Source of the DNA: Malacoraja senta
Lineage: Eukaryota
Direction: 5' to 3'
Length of the DNA stretch: 64,000 nucleotides
NCBI GenBank assembly: GCA_038087875.1
Contig: CM075977.1
Coordinates: 1,984,001-2,048,000, forward strand
Shown piece after piece: positions 24,973-37,950 of the stretch. The position numbers and the translations under genes are program-made. Every line of letters begins with the position of its first letter. Position 1 is the stretch's first letter. The notes beneath the pieces were generated by a model. That model was not told where the DNA came from. It saw nothing but the letters and a program-made list of their open reading frames with translations, and did no database searches.

Positions 24973-26079
24973 AGCATCTGCAGTCACTTGCATCTCCTGG
25001 TTCGAATGTAAGGAATAGGATCATAACCTTTGTGGAACCATCATCTGACCCAGAGACCAGTCAAGGCTATTTGCTTAACTAGGGGCAATCTGCTCCAGAG
25101 GAAACCTCCATGGAAATCCTGCTTTCCAGGAGCAGAAAAGATGGTCAACTACTTTAGATCTGCAAATCCCAGGAAGGTTGAAGCCTAATGTTTGCAATAC
25201 TCCACAACATATTAACATAGCAATCTGTTCCAGTTCAGTGGTTTATCCTTGTCCCTGCGGTGCAATTTTGCATCAAACATGTGCTAGATTTTTTGTGTTA
25301 TGCTAAACACTAAAATATTAGCCAGCTAGGCAGCATCTGCGGTGAGATAAACGGAAAATATTTCAATGTTAATCTTTAATGTATTTGGCCCATCAGCTCC
25401 ATGAAGGTGCTTATGCAGCACATAAACTTCCTCCACCCATACTATCACATCTTTCTGCATTCTCTCTTGTCTGACCTGCTTCCCTTTAATCAATTCCTGC
25501 TCTCACCTGGGGAACAGCCTATAGTCTTGAATTGCACATTTTTCCATGCTCTGGGTTGAGTTATATTCCTTTAATTCTCCATCGGATTCATTAACGATTC
25601 TCTGTACACTTACAATTCCTGGATTCAGTCTCCCACATGTGGAAATAACTTCTCTTGTCTACCCTATCAGACCATTTCAGAATCTTGAAGAGTTCTATCA
25701 GTTTGCCTCTCAGCTTGTTCAGTTTTCTCTGATAGGTTCACCCTCTCATTTCTGATATCACTCTCATAAATCTGCCTACTGCCTACATTTCTTTGGTTAA
25801 CGTGTAGACCAGGACTGTGCACAGTATGGATGGAAATACTTTGCTATGCTTGCATGTCTAAATACATAAATCTGAGAACCTAAAAGTATTGTCAGAAAAA
25901 ATCAAAGACTTAAGATAGGTTGTGATCAGAAGCTTTAACTAAAATAAGAAGAAGTTTGCAAACTTCTTCTTAATCATTCCAAAATATGTGTATTTCTGGC
26001 TGGGCCAACATTTAGTCAACATTTCTAACTGTCTTTGGAAAGGGGGTGGTGATCCACTGCCTTGGATCCTATAATTTAT

Positions 26080-26620
26080 GAGGATGTTGCCAGGACTCGA
26101 GGACTTGAGCAAAAGGAAGAGGTTGGGCTGGCTAGGAGCACAGGGGGCTGACAGATTATCTTATAGAGGCAAACAGAATCATGAGGGGAATAGATAGGGT
26201 GAATTCACTGTCTTTTTCCAAGGGTAGAAGAATCAAGAATTAGAGGGCATAGGTTTAAGTTAAGAGGGAAAATATTGAATGAGAACCTGATGGCCAACCT
26301 TTTTCACATACGTAGATATATGGAACAGGTCGTGATGTAGAAGTAGTTGTGGCAGGTACAATAACAACATTTAAATGACATTTGAACCGGTGCCTGGATA
26401 GGAAATGTTTAGAGAGGTATGGGCCAAACCCAGGCCAATGGGAGTAGATTAGATGGGACGACATGGATGAGGTAGAATGGAATAGAATAGAATAGAATAG
26501 AATAGAAAGCCTTTTATTGTCATTCAAACAGACAAGGTTTGAACGAAATGTCATTCCTGCAGACATGACATTACAAAAAAAGGCCGAAGGACCTGTTTTC
26601 GTGCTGTACGATCTATGACA
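26080..26620 (+). mobile_element. CR1 3' fragment with an inserted (AATAG)n retroposon tail
   Basis: GAGGATGTTGCCAGGACTCGAGG..GGGCATAGGTTTAAG..GGCCGAAGGACCTG; (AATAG)5 at 26481-26506. Confidence 0.75.
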
Positions 26621-28749
26621 GTCTTTCTGATAAAGCTTTTCCCATAGTGCTGCTTGGAAGGGAGTTTTAGAATTAGAACCAGCAATGATGAACACAATAT
26701 TGAGGGGAATCACAAATGACAGCAAAGGCATGAACCTGCTGCATTGATCCTTTTAAATGGTAGTTTGAAGGTTACTGTTGATTAAGTTGTTGTTAGTAAC
26801 TGCAGTGCATTTTGCAGTTGGTGCACACTGCAGTTACAGGATTCAGCAATAAAGGGAGTCAATGTTTAGGTGGTGGATGAGTAGATAAGCAAACAACTTG
26901 TTTTATCCTGGTTCGTATCAAGCTTCTTGATTTCTGTTGGAGCTCCACACATCCTGGCATATGGAGAGTATTCCATTATACCTTGACTTGCAGTTTGTAT
27001 TTGCAGATTTTTTTTGGTGTGTCTAGAAAAGACACAAAGTGCTGGAGTAATTCAGCGGGACAGGGAACATCCCTGGAGGACATGGATAGGTGAAGTTCCA
27101 GGTTGAAGTCAATCTTCAAACTGATTCAAGGTGTCAAGAGATGTGTTATTTACTGAAGGATTCCCAGCTTCTGATCTGCCTTCGTTGCTACAGTGGCACC
27201 TACTTCCTATTCTGTGAGAGATAAAAGGAGAGGTATCTCTATTCATTGTTACGTTGCTCTTTGGGTGATTTTGCTGTGTACAAATTGGCTGCAGAATTTC
27301 CTTCCTTGACCACAAACATACCTTCATTGAGTTTTGCATACTTCAGTAGATTCTGGGTTATGAGGATTATTGTATAAATGCAAGGCTTTCTTTACATAGT
27401 TTGAGAATGGTGTTTATAAAACAGTGGAACAGGGATCACCTACTGTTGTAGGAAGTGTCCAGAAGGCAATGAGGCTGCTGCCTCAATTAAAAGCTGATAG
27501 TTGATCTGTAACCTGACTATCATGGCTCTCAATGCATCGATAATCTGAAATAATCATTCACACGTGTTTGTGACAACTTTCTGTATAATTGTGCCTTGGT
27601 TTATCTAGCAGTGCATTAACAACACGCAGCAGAGTTTGCCAATGACAAATCTGTTTGGGGTTATAAAGCCACAGGTTTATTCACTGTAGGAATGTCAAGC
27701 TTTTGAAAAAATTATGAACAGGATGAACACGAGAGTCATAAGACCCATGGTTAATTGTTTAGCATTACCCAGCAGAAATATTTAAACACTTGACATCTTT
27801 GAACAAGATCAAGAGCAACTCTTTGAGAGCCTCCGTAGAAATAATCTATTGTTTAATCACTCCAGTGCAAAGGTGGTCCTCGCCAACAAAATGCAGGAAG
27901 GCTTTATTTTTCACACAGAGCAGTTGCCATATAGCTGATAACACTCTGAAAAGCAATGAATACAATTTTAGAACAATAGTTTGCTCACATGATAAGACGT
28001 CTCAGATAGTATACAGCTTGCTGTATGGTCGTTTGTCCTTGAGACTGACTGCAGTTTTGAGAAGCCAACGGTGTAGGATGGCAGGGTTGGGGCTGATGAG
28101 GTTTTCTAAGGGTCTAAAGGTTATACCTTTGTAATGTGTACTTCGAAAACACCAAACAGTGCAATAATTTGTCAACCTTCAAGCATTGGCACCAAACACT
28201 GGCAGGTTGTGTGTAGATTTAAACGCAGCATCAATATGCAGTTGCATGTTGCCCTGGAATAAATACCTGTAGTTTCAGTCTTGCCCTTGTCACAAATTGT
28301 GATTTTGGGTAGGTTGAATATTTTATCTGGAATGTCACCTCTTTCACCAAAAACCTGCTTTGTGCAGGGTCACTCATTGTTACGGCATTCATTCATAGTT
28401 CACCAACTTTTCTATAGCAATAGGTTGAAAGATGATGATGTTGCATTCTGCTTCATTATCGGGGCAACAATATCTGAATGCTGCATTGTTAAACAGTGTT
28501 TTACTTTGTAAGATGAATTATTTAGTAGTTGTGTAGAATTGATTGTTGGATTGTATCAGTTGCTCCTGTGTTTTAGGGAAGGGTAAACTGTGAAAGTCGA
28601 TCGTACAGCTGTTAAAGGTGCAAACAGTTTAAATTCAGCTATTTATTTACATAATGACATTTACCTTACATTATTGACAGGAGATTGGCTCTATTAAATA
28701 AAATGTTTGCGATTGTTGGTCAAATGCACAATCCATGTAATCGGAAACA

Positions 28750-29665
28750 GTTAGAATCATAGTCATAGAGCTGTACAGCATGAAAATAGACCCTTTGGCC
28801 CATCATGTTCATGCTGACCAAGTTGGCATATTGAACTAGACCCATTTGCCTGCATTTGGCCCACAGCCTTCTAAACCTTTCCTATCTGTATATCTCTCCA
28901 AATATCTTTTAAAAGTCATACTTTTATCCACTTCTACACCGAATGAAATTGTTGCCCATGAGTTCCCTCTTAAATAACTCCCCTCTCACCATAAACCTGT
29001 GTCATCTAGTTTTAGAATTCTCTACCCCAGGTAAAAGACGGTGACCATTCAATTTATCAATATCTATTTTGATCTTGTACATCTCAATAAGCTCACCCCT
29101 CAGCCTCCTATGCTGCAAAGCAAAAAGTCCCAACCTATCCAACCTCTCCCTATAATTCAAGCAGCAAACTCAGGTAACATCCTGGTGAATCTCTTCTGCA
29201 CCCTTTCCAATATAATAACATCCTTCTTGTAGCTGGGTGACCAGAACTGTGTGCACGTGTGGTCTCACCAATTCCTTACACAGCTCAAGAGTCAAGATTC
29301 AAGAGATTCAAGAGACATTTATTGCCACATGTACCAATTGGTGCAGTGAAATTTGGGGTCACCATACAGCCATACGAATAAAAAAGAACAGAACACGATA
29401 GTCTTTAACATAAACATCCCCACACAGCGGAATCAAAGTTTCCTACTGTGAGGGAAGGCCCAAAGTTCAGTCATCCTCCTCTTTGATGTTCTTTGATGTA
29501 GCTGCATAATGATGTCCCAACCTTTGTACTCAATACCCTTCACAATGAAAGCAAGTGTGCCGAGCAATGTCTTCACCACACTGGCCACCTGACCTGCCAT
29601 TTTAATCCATCCATCTGTACTCCCAGATCTCTCCAATCTACAACATTCTCCAGGGCTCTACCCTG
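28750..29665 (-). mobile_element. CR1 3' fragment with a nested retroposon tail (about 29285-29480)
   Basis: Peptide LAFIVKGIEYKGWDIIMQL and the CR1 3' UTR; the nested piece is the reverse complement of about 49630-49810. Confidence 0.8.
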
Positions 29666-29668
29666 TGT

Positions 29669-29984
29669 GGGTGGCCCAGTGGTGCAGCGGTAGAGCTGCT
29701 GCCTTACAGCACCAGAGACCCAGGTTTGATCCTAACTGTGGGCGCAGTCTCTATGGAGTGTTCACGCTCTTCCTGAGACCGCGTGGGCTTTCTCCAGGTG
29801 CACCGGTTTCCTCCCCCATTCCAAAGACGTGCAGGTTTGCAGATTAATTGGGTTCAGTAAAAGTTGTCCCTAGTGTGTAGGATAGAGCTAGTGTACATGT
29901 GATCGCTGGTCCGCGTGGACTCGGTGGGCTGAGAGCCTGTTTCCACACTGTTTCTCTAAACTAAACTAAATAAATCAAACTAAA
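29669..29984 (+). mobile_element. HE1-type tRNA-derived SINE
   Basis: A box GGTGCAGCGGTAGAG, B box GGTTTGATCCT, CR1-shared 3' end and (CTAAA)n tail. Confidence 0.88.
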
Positions 29985-30534
29985 TTCTGGTAGGTGTAGG
30001 TTCTGTCCTGGTTTGACATACTATAACAAAGTGCAACTCCCTCACACTGGTCAGAGTTGTTCCCTTATTCTTTACACTACACTGCATTGATTGTATGTCT
30101 CTGTACTTGATTATCCAAAACCTTTTTGGAGCTTTAGAAGGATAAAGTGGAAACATGTCCATTGGCTTGCAGAGTCTGCACAGACCTCCAAGCACCAATT
30201 AATCCTACACCTGGAGAAAGATCCCAACCTGCAATGTCACCTGTCCATTCCCCCCCACAGTGTCTCCCTGACCTGCTGAATTCCTCTTTGTGTTTTGGAA
30301 TTCCTCCAGTACTTTGTATTTTGCTCAATATTCTAGCATCTGCAGTTCCATGTGTCTCTAAAACTACATGTAATTCTCTGGCCACCACCCCTTCCCCCAC
30401 TTTCTCTCTGACTCTCCAATTCTGACCATTTGCACAGTTCTGATTCTCCATCCTTCATTCCCACTAATTTTGTACAAAACAAGGGAGTTTACCCTGTGTT
30501 GTGGTCAATATTTAATTTTAACCACCAGTGCTCG

Positions 30535-30930
30535 TACACAGGGGGCGGAAATCCCGGGGGGGGGGGGGAGGAAGGGAGGGGGACATCCCCTCCATGTTTT
30601 GAGAGGTGGGGGACGACCCCCCCCCCCCAGGATTTTTATAATCCGGATTTTAAAACTCGGTAAAAAAAATCTATTAAAAATCTCTGCTTTCCGCAAGACA
30701 GTGGGGGTGGGACTGATGATCGAGGGCGCCGATTGGACGAGAGAGACGTCGGTCAGCAGGCAGTGGCGGGGGGGGGGGGCGACCATGATGATTCGGCGCG
30801 ATCATTGGAGGAGGGAGGTGTCGGAAGTAGGGGAGTGGGACTGAGGATAGAGCGCGGTGATTGGAGGAGGGAGACGTCCTTGGAGCAAAGATCATAGAGT
30901 GGAGCTTGAATCGGCTAGATGTAGAATTCA
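30535..30930. mobile_element. GC-rich fragment, possibly a DNA-transposon (hAT-like) end
   Basis: Abrupt CpG/G-rich island starting CAGGGGGCGGAAATCCCGGGG; second terminus not found. Confidence 0.3.
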
Positions 30931-33289
30931 AATACTGTATCCCAAAGGTTTACCCACGCTGTGATCTCCTGACATATCTCCCAAGATCTTCCTATCAAGA
31001 ACTTCCGTTCATCCCAACCACCATCCCACCCTGAATGTGAGCACCACCCATCTCCAGAGTTATTGATCACTCCCATGACTGTATAACCTCCCCTCACTGG
31101 ACTTTCTCTCCCTCTCTCCCCCTAATTCCTCTACCTCGAAGCTCAATCCTGACCAACGCCACTTTCATTCAGCCTCTGTTCACACGCCCCATTCACACCA
31201 AACCCGGCTTTAGCTCTGCTTGGCAAGGCCTTTGAATTTGTCAGGTGACAGCAAAATCTGAGGCCAGCAGCTTTAACAGTCCAGCACTCCCCCAGGGCTG
31301 GACCAGTAGTGCAGCAACACAGATAATGATCTAGACCAACTTGGATCCCAATTATACCACCTGCCAGTGCCCTATATTTTCAGATATATCAATATTGGGC
31401 AGAGACCCAGTAGGATGCTAGAACATCAATCTTCCCTTCCCTTTCCACTTCCTCTCTTTAGTCTTGAACATCACTTTGTTCATGTTCTCAAATTGGTGAT
31501 GAATTTGGTTTTAGAATAATTAAAAAAGACATTTAAATATATGACAGTTGTTTAACTGAAGTAGAAACTGCGAATTATGAAGGAAACAGAATGTTAAGCA
31601 GCACCTGTGGAGACAGGAAAGCAGCATCCCAACACAATAATATCCTTCCTCACCTTGTATCGAGATGCCAGGGGTGAGTATGAACTCACAGATAAGGAAT
31701 GAGTATCAAAAGGATTGCCATATGTTGTTGTCAGTACTTTTACTACTTTGTGCCTTTTTGTTGAATGGAGTACTATTAGCCATGAAGATAGATATCTCTG
31801 GAGTAAAGGAGTAGGTGACGTTTACGGTCGAGACCCTTCTGCAGAGATGCTGCCTGATATGCTGAGTTTCTCCAGCTTGTTGTGTCTATCTTTGGTGTAA
31901 ACCAGCATCTGCAGTTTTTTCCTACTATTAGCCATGGCTTAGTGGATAGTCCTTTGACTTTTGGTTCAGAGGTTCCAGTTGTACTCCAGAGGTTAGAGCA
32001 CACAAATAATTGCAGATAGTTCTGTATTACCGAAATAATAGAGTTCTTTGTATTGTAGACAACCGTGTTCTAAAAACAATTGTGTCTTTTAGTTTTGTTT
32101 AGTTTAGATTAGAGATACAGTACAGAAACAGGCCCTTCGACCCACCAAGTCCGCGCCGAACAGCGATCCCCATACACTAGCACTATCCTACACACTAGGG
32201 ACAATTTACAAATGTCAATGGGGGAAAGCACGGTAGGATCTATATCGCAAGTTATTTTTCTTCAGGATTTTCAAAAAAGGGTCTTTTCTATAGCAATGAG
32301 TTTAGTTTTGTTACTGCAAGTTAAAAATAATAAAAGCTGCATGCTACATTGTTTAACAGAGTATCATTGCTCATGTGTCAATAGAAGCGATTGTCATTTT
32401 CAATGGGCACTCATGGTTAAAGTAGGAGCTGTGTTTTTAAGAGAAAATGATGATCATTTTATTGTGGGGAGGTTACAGGGAAACAATTTCTTCCCCCTAG
32501 AATTTTTTTCCCCAAGCATTTTTCTGCTTGTCAATTTCCAATGTAACTTTTAAGTGGTTCCTTAGTTTCCAATATCCAATGTGGCCCACATAATATAAAT
32601 AATGTTCCCTAATTCATAATTTGTATTGTATCCAATTCACATTGTGGGAACATAGGTTATTGCAGAACTACCTATGGATACAAGCTGACAGACTTGTGCA
32701 TCAGTGTTGGAGCTGCTTGCTTTTGGGTCAGAAGCCCAATCTGCTTCCTCCATTGAAATTCCCAATGGCATCAGTTTGAAGAAGGGCAAAGTTCTCCCGG
32801 GCAACCTGGCATTCAGTCAGCATCACCGAACAGATAATCTGCTGCTTATAACATTCGGTTAGTGAGATCTTACTGTGCATAATTTGTCTGCTGTGTTTCC
32901 TATTTTACAATAGTAACTATGTCCCAAAACACACTGTTTGGGGCTTCTATGAGATGTGCGTCTTTATTGTACCATTTAATGTTTACTTTAACATGACTAC
33001 AACCAACAGAGATGGATTTTTTCAGAGTTTGCCAGAGGATTTCATCAGTCTATGTCAGTGGGGGTTGGGTTGGTGTACAACAAGGTAAAATGGATGACAA
33101 GCTGCCTGTTTAGCTTCTCTCTGGGTTTTGTAAATTGACAGCAGTGAGAATCAAAAATTGGACATGTGCGTGCCATTCCATTGTTGAAGATATGCTTGCC
33201 TTACATCATTAGTACTTTCCAAATGTGTTTCCATTTCCTGCTCTGAGGCAGAAGAATGTGGGTGCCCTAATTCATGACTCACGTGTGTG

Positions 33290-33920
33290 CAGGTATATTT
33301 GGAAATGAGGAAAACTAACAGAGTTTTACTGTTTATTGCAAGGGGAATTGAATACAAAACAAGGGATGTTATGCTTTGATTATATAGGGCAGTGGTGAAG
33401 CCATGCCGGGGGACCATGTACAGTATTAGTCTCCATATTTAAGGATGTAAGTTAAGTTAAAAGCAGTTTAGACTGATACATGGATAGGGCGGGTTTGATG
33501 AAAAGTGGGGTGGATTAGGCTTGTAACTCATTAGAATGACTGATTCTGTAAACTTTCTCTCAAAGTACAAAGTTAAGAAAATTCTAAATACAGACAATTT
33601 ACTGAGGAAAACACATGAAAAACATTCTGCGCCTGCTCTAGCATTCCATAAAATCATGGTTAAATGTTATGTGCTTACGATACTAATAACTGGAATGACT
33701 GGGTTGACTTATAAGGAAAGTTGGGCATGCAGGCTTTTATCTCTTAGAGTTTTGAAGCGTGAGAGATCGGAAGATAAAAGATTCTGTGGGTGCCTAGACA
33801 AGGTAGATATGGAGAGGATAGGAGGGCTGAAATGTGGAGTTGAGATTACAGTTGGTTCAACCATGATCTTAGTGATTGGCAAAGCAGGCTTGAGAGACCA
33901 AGTGGCCTACTCCTTCCCTT
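33290..33920 (+). mobile_element. Old CR1 fragments
   Basis: TTTATTGCAAGGGGAATTGAATACAAA..TATAGGGCAGTGGTGAAGCC..; CR1 3' UTR at about 33850-33915. Confidence 0.6.
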
Positions 33921-34784
33921 TTTCCAAATCGCATTTCCTGCTCCATGAAAACTGGGGAAATAATCTGAAATAAAATAATTAAATTAAATGAATCTGAAAT
34001 AAAAAATACTAGACTCTACATGGGTGTCAGTAGGAATCCTGTTCTCAACTGATCTCAACTGATTCACCAATGAGCTTGAAATCTGTTGTCCACACGAGGT
34101 CTGGGATATGTAGAGCAATATAGTAATATCTTGAATTCCCTCTGATATGGCCTTGCAAATCATTCATTTCAAAGCCAATTGGAGGAACAGAAAATGCCAT
34201 TAAAATGACATGTATATTTAACATGCAACGTTGTTAATCTTTTGGAGCCACTTTTAAGTCTGTTTGAAAATTACAAGGGATGACGAGAAGAGGAGGCTAT
34301 TCACACCATGATATCTTGGCACCATTGTGTAAGACCATGGCTGATATTTGACCTTAGCACCACTTTCCTGCATTAGACTCAATTCCATGATTTCCACAGC
34401 AACTAAACATGTATTGATCTCTTGAGCATTCAGTGACTGAGACTCCATAGCACTATTGGGTAGAAAATTCCAAAGATTCACTATCATTGGGGTGAAGAAT
34501 GTTCTTCTTAACTCAGTCCTCAAAGGCTGGCCCCTTATTTTGATCACTGACTCTGGACTCCCAGTCAAGGGAAACATTAGCCCTGACAAACCAGTACGAA
34601 TTTCAACAAGATCAATGGGATTAGTTCAAATTGGCATCATGGTCAACAGAGATATGGTGGGGTGAAGGGCCTGTACTTTACTGTACTGTATTTTTCTATA
34701 TTCCATAATCCCTCTTCTAAATTCTATAGGTTTAGACCCAGAATGCTTAATTTGTGTCCATACAACAATCATTCTGGTGGATGG

Positions 34785-35007
34785 TGTTTAAGAAGGAACT
34801 GCAGATGCTGGAAAATCGAAGGTACACAAAAATGCTGGAGAAACTCAGCGGGTGCAGCATCATCTATGGAGCAAAGGAAATAGGCAATGTTTCGGGCCGA
34901 AACCCTTCTTCGGAGTCTGAAGAAGGGTTTCGGCCCGAAACGTTGCCCATTTCCTTCGCTCCATACATGCTGCTGCACCCGCTGAGTTTCACCAGCATTT
35001 TTGTGTA
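34785..35007. mobile_element. Penelope-derived foldback element with a 15-bp TSD and hammerhead-like cores
   Basis: TSD CATTCTGGTGGATGG at 34770-34784 and 35008-35022; inverted arms of about 90 bp; CTGAAGA-A-GGG-TTTCGG-CCC-GAAA-CGTT at 34917-34944. Confidence 0.85.
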
Positions 35008-36228
35008 CATTCTGGTGGATGGATTGAGTCATCAAGATGATGAGAAATTTCTTGACTCAAAAGAGTTGTGAACCTTTGAAATTCTGTTCTCAGGGGACTA
35101 GATATTCTTGTTGCTGTAGTTGTCCGTGTTCGATTTTGAAGGAATGGCAGGATATTGATGTTGGGCAGAATGGTAAATTTGATCGGCCTGGTCCTACTAA
35201 TTATTCTTGCTGACTCCTCCGAGAAAGAACACAGGCAAGATGAATTTTGGTTCCAATAGGAAGGAAATGTAGGAGTTTTTTCAGAGTGCCCTCCCCCTAT
35301 TGTTCAAAGTAATTTGACCTCTGTTGTTCTCTGTGAAGTAGGTGAATAAAATGTGTTTGGGTTACATGAAGCAGTCTGGGCCCATCAAATTGCAGCTGTT
35401 TTGAGTTACCATTAAGGGACCGCAGTCTTTAACATTAATTGTACTAAAAGTATGGAAATCGTAACCATAAATAGGACAATGAGGTTTTTGTAAGGCTTTT
35501 TTTTTCCATTGTGTGTGTGTGTGTTTTTTTCCTCGGGACTACAGCTGTGTTGCCTGTAGCAGAGTAAAACCAGGTTGCTCTCCTTTGCCTCGTGTTTTCC
35601 ACTCGTCGAGTCTCAATTGTTCGCTTCACCTTCATGTTTGTATTTGAATTTTAGTGCGGCACTTTACAGCGCCGGGGCCCTTTGCGCCAGGACCAATACA
35701 ATTGCAGCGAGGTGGCTGGTTGGTTAATTCGATACTGTGCAAAACTGGCCTGAAAATGACGAATTGCTCTATTTTGTTTTGGCGAAGGAGGAGTGAAAGT
35801 TGGGCCACTGTGACTTTAAGCGGTTGTGCGCTTTTTTTTGGTACGGGAAACCTTGTGCGTGACTGGCCTCTGAGAGTGGCCAGTCACAGTGTGGTTGACT
35901 TGCCGGAGTCATTGGCGGTGGTAGCAATTAAAATAAAGTTGGGGAAGGAGGTGGGATTCCTATAAGCCCAATCAATCTTTCCCGAATCAGCAATAAGAAG
36001 TCAACAAAGTCTATGACTGAACACACCCTCTTTTTTTATGGAGTGTCCTTGCTAATAAAAGACAGCTTATTACCAAGGCAGAGACCAAAGCTTGGGTGAG
36101 GTGAACCATGACTGGCAGTCATCAGTCATTCTTAATGATGCTTCCCCCACCCCACCTCCCCTCCCCAATCTCCTCTTTTTTTCTTGGGGGGGGGGGGGTG
36201 GAATTCTGACCGAAGTGCAAATTATGTG

Positions 36229-36245
36229 AGGTCAACCATAGTTCA
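36229..36245 (+). promoter_or_regulatory. DR5 retinoic-acid response element (candidate)
   Basis: AGGTCA-ACCAT-AGTTCA, an exact RGKTCA-n5-RGKTCA match. Confidence 0.6.
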
Positions 36246-37809
36246 TGTACCCGCAGATGGTTTGAGCTTTTCAAAGAAACACACACACACAAGGCAAAGA
36301 GTTGTATTTTTTTCCATGATGTACACCAGTTTCAGATGGAAGTGTTATTAGATTTGTTACTGAGGCCGGTTCCCGCTTGTTGACACGTTTGTTGTTTTAA
36401 ATCCCGTACCTTCAAAGGGCTTGCGAGAATTCCCTCGGCACCTCACTTGCTAATAATCACTTTTGATCTTTATGGCTGATAAATGTGACCTTAATGAGAT
36501 TTTAGATTCTTCGGAAACTTCCCTGCGAGAGCCTGGCGATTTATTGGCATGTGTCTGTTCCTTGCTTTCGGGATTACCTTACAAATCGCCCTTTCACCCA
36601 AAAGTGAACAAGAACTAGTTTGGTAAAATGAAAGGCGGCTTTTATTCCCCACTGCAAATACAACAAGCACTAAATTCTGAAGCTTTCATTTCATTGCCTC
36701 TTTTAGCCATTTATTCATTCCAGATTACATCATGCAAAGAAAACATCGAGCACTTGGTTATCTCGTTTTCGATAGTCACAACTTCGATTGATTAATAATT
36801 CAAGTTCTGTTCCTTTATGTATTGCAAAGTAGCGCGCGTTCTGTGATTGAGGGAAGGAGACTGTGGCGATAATTCTATCCAGCCCGGATCTAAACTCAAC
36901 ACCCAACCCCAAAAATAATGTTAAAACCTATCTTTCACCGGCTGCTGAAACTAAATCCTGATGGCACCGCCTTACTAGCTGGCGAATAGTTGATTTCATT
37001 TTTGCAGCGAGATCGTACATCACCGGGCCTCCCAGTTGCAGTGTCAACTCTTGACAGAATGACATGTGCCATTTATCAAAGGAGTTGGGTCAGGCATGGG
37101 AAATAGAACAGAACAAAAGCCCGGGAGAGTTCATTTTTGCAGTATCCTTCTTGCCCCTCTCGTGTGCCCCATTGCTTGTGTGCTGGTTTCTGTCTCGGCA
37201 GTCTTACTGTACGTCAACCATATCCATGTTAAACAGATTCGGGTTATTGAAAGCTAATTCCGTGATTTGCAGAGTAGAATGGAACTCCTCAATCTCAGGG
37301 AAGGGAATTCTTTTCTCAATTTTATTTATAAATTCCACTTTTACTCTCTCGCCCTCAGTTTAAGCGCCAATCCATCAGCTCATCACCGCTGACCTTTCAG
37401 ACTGCTGTCACTGGACTTTTCTCAACCATTCTCGACCCGGAGAGGGTCGAGGTGCCTCGAACCTTTACCATCGGTGATGTCGGGAATTTTCGCTTTGACA
37501 ATTCCCGTGGAGAGCTGGCATTGTCTCCCGGTGTCCAGTGGTCGGACTACCCGGTGGCCTTCGACATTTTAGGATGAATGAATGAAATAATCTGTCGAAA
37601 ACACATATACTAAATAAATAATTAATCTTAGACATGCAGAGTTCAAAGCATTTGCAACCGCGGTGGTAATGCCTTAAAACACACTCTGGTCTGGAAACAG
37701 ATGTGTTTCCACCCTATGTTTGCAGGAGCGGTGTGAGAAGTGAGCGGAACTACAGCGGTGTCAACGGTGTTTATCGGGTTTAGTTATTTAAATCAACACC
37801 GTAATTTGC

Positions 37810-37950
37810 GGTGCAGGAAGGAACTGCAGATGCTGGTTTACGCCGAAGACAGACACATCATGCTGGAGTAACTCAGCGGGCCAGGCAGCATCTCTGGAGA
37901 AACGGGATAGATGACGTTTCGGATCGAGACACTTCCTCAGACTGAAGAAG
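37810..37950 (-). mobile_element. Penelope-derived short element
   Basis: GGAAGGAACTGCAGATGCTGG..AACTCAGCGGG..GACGTTTCGGATCGAGACACTTCCTCAGACTG. Confidence 0.75.

Noticed and set aside
29669-29740. tRNA genes at SINE heads (also 56395 and 59929)
   Set aside because: A/B boxes continue into the HE1 body and CR1-like tail; no complete cloverleaf
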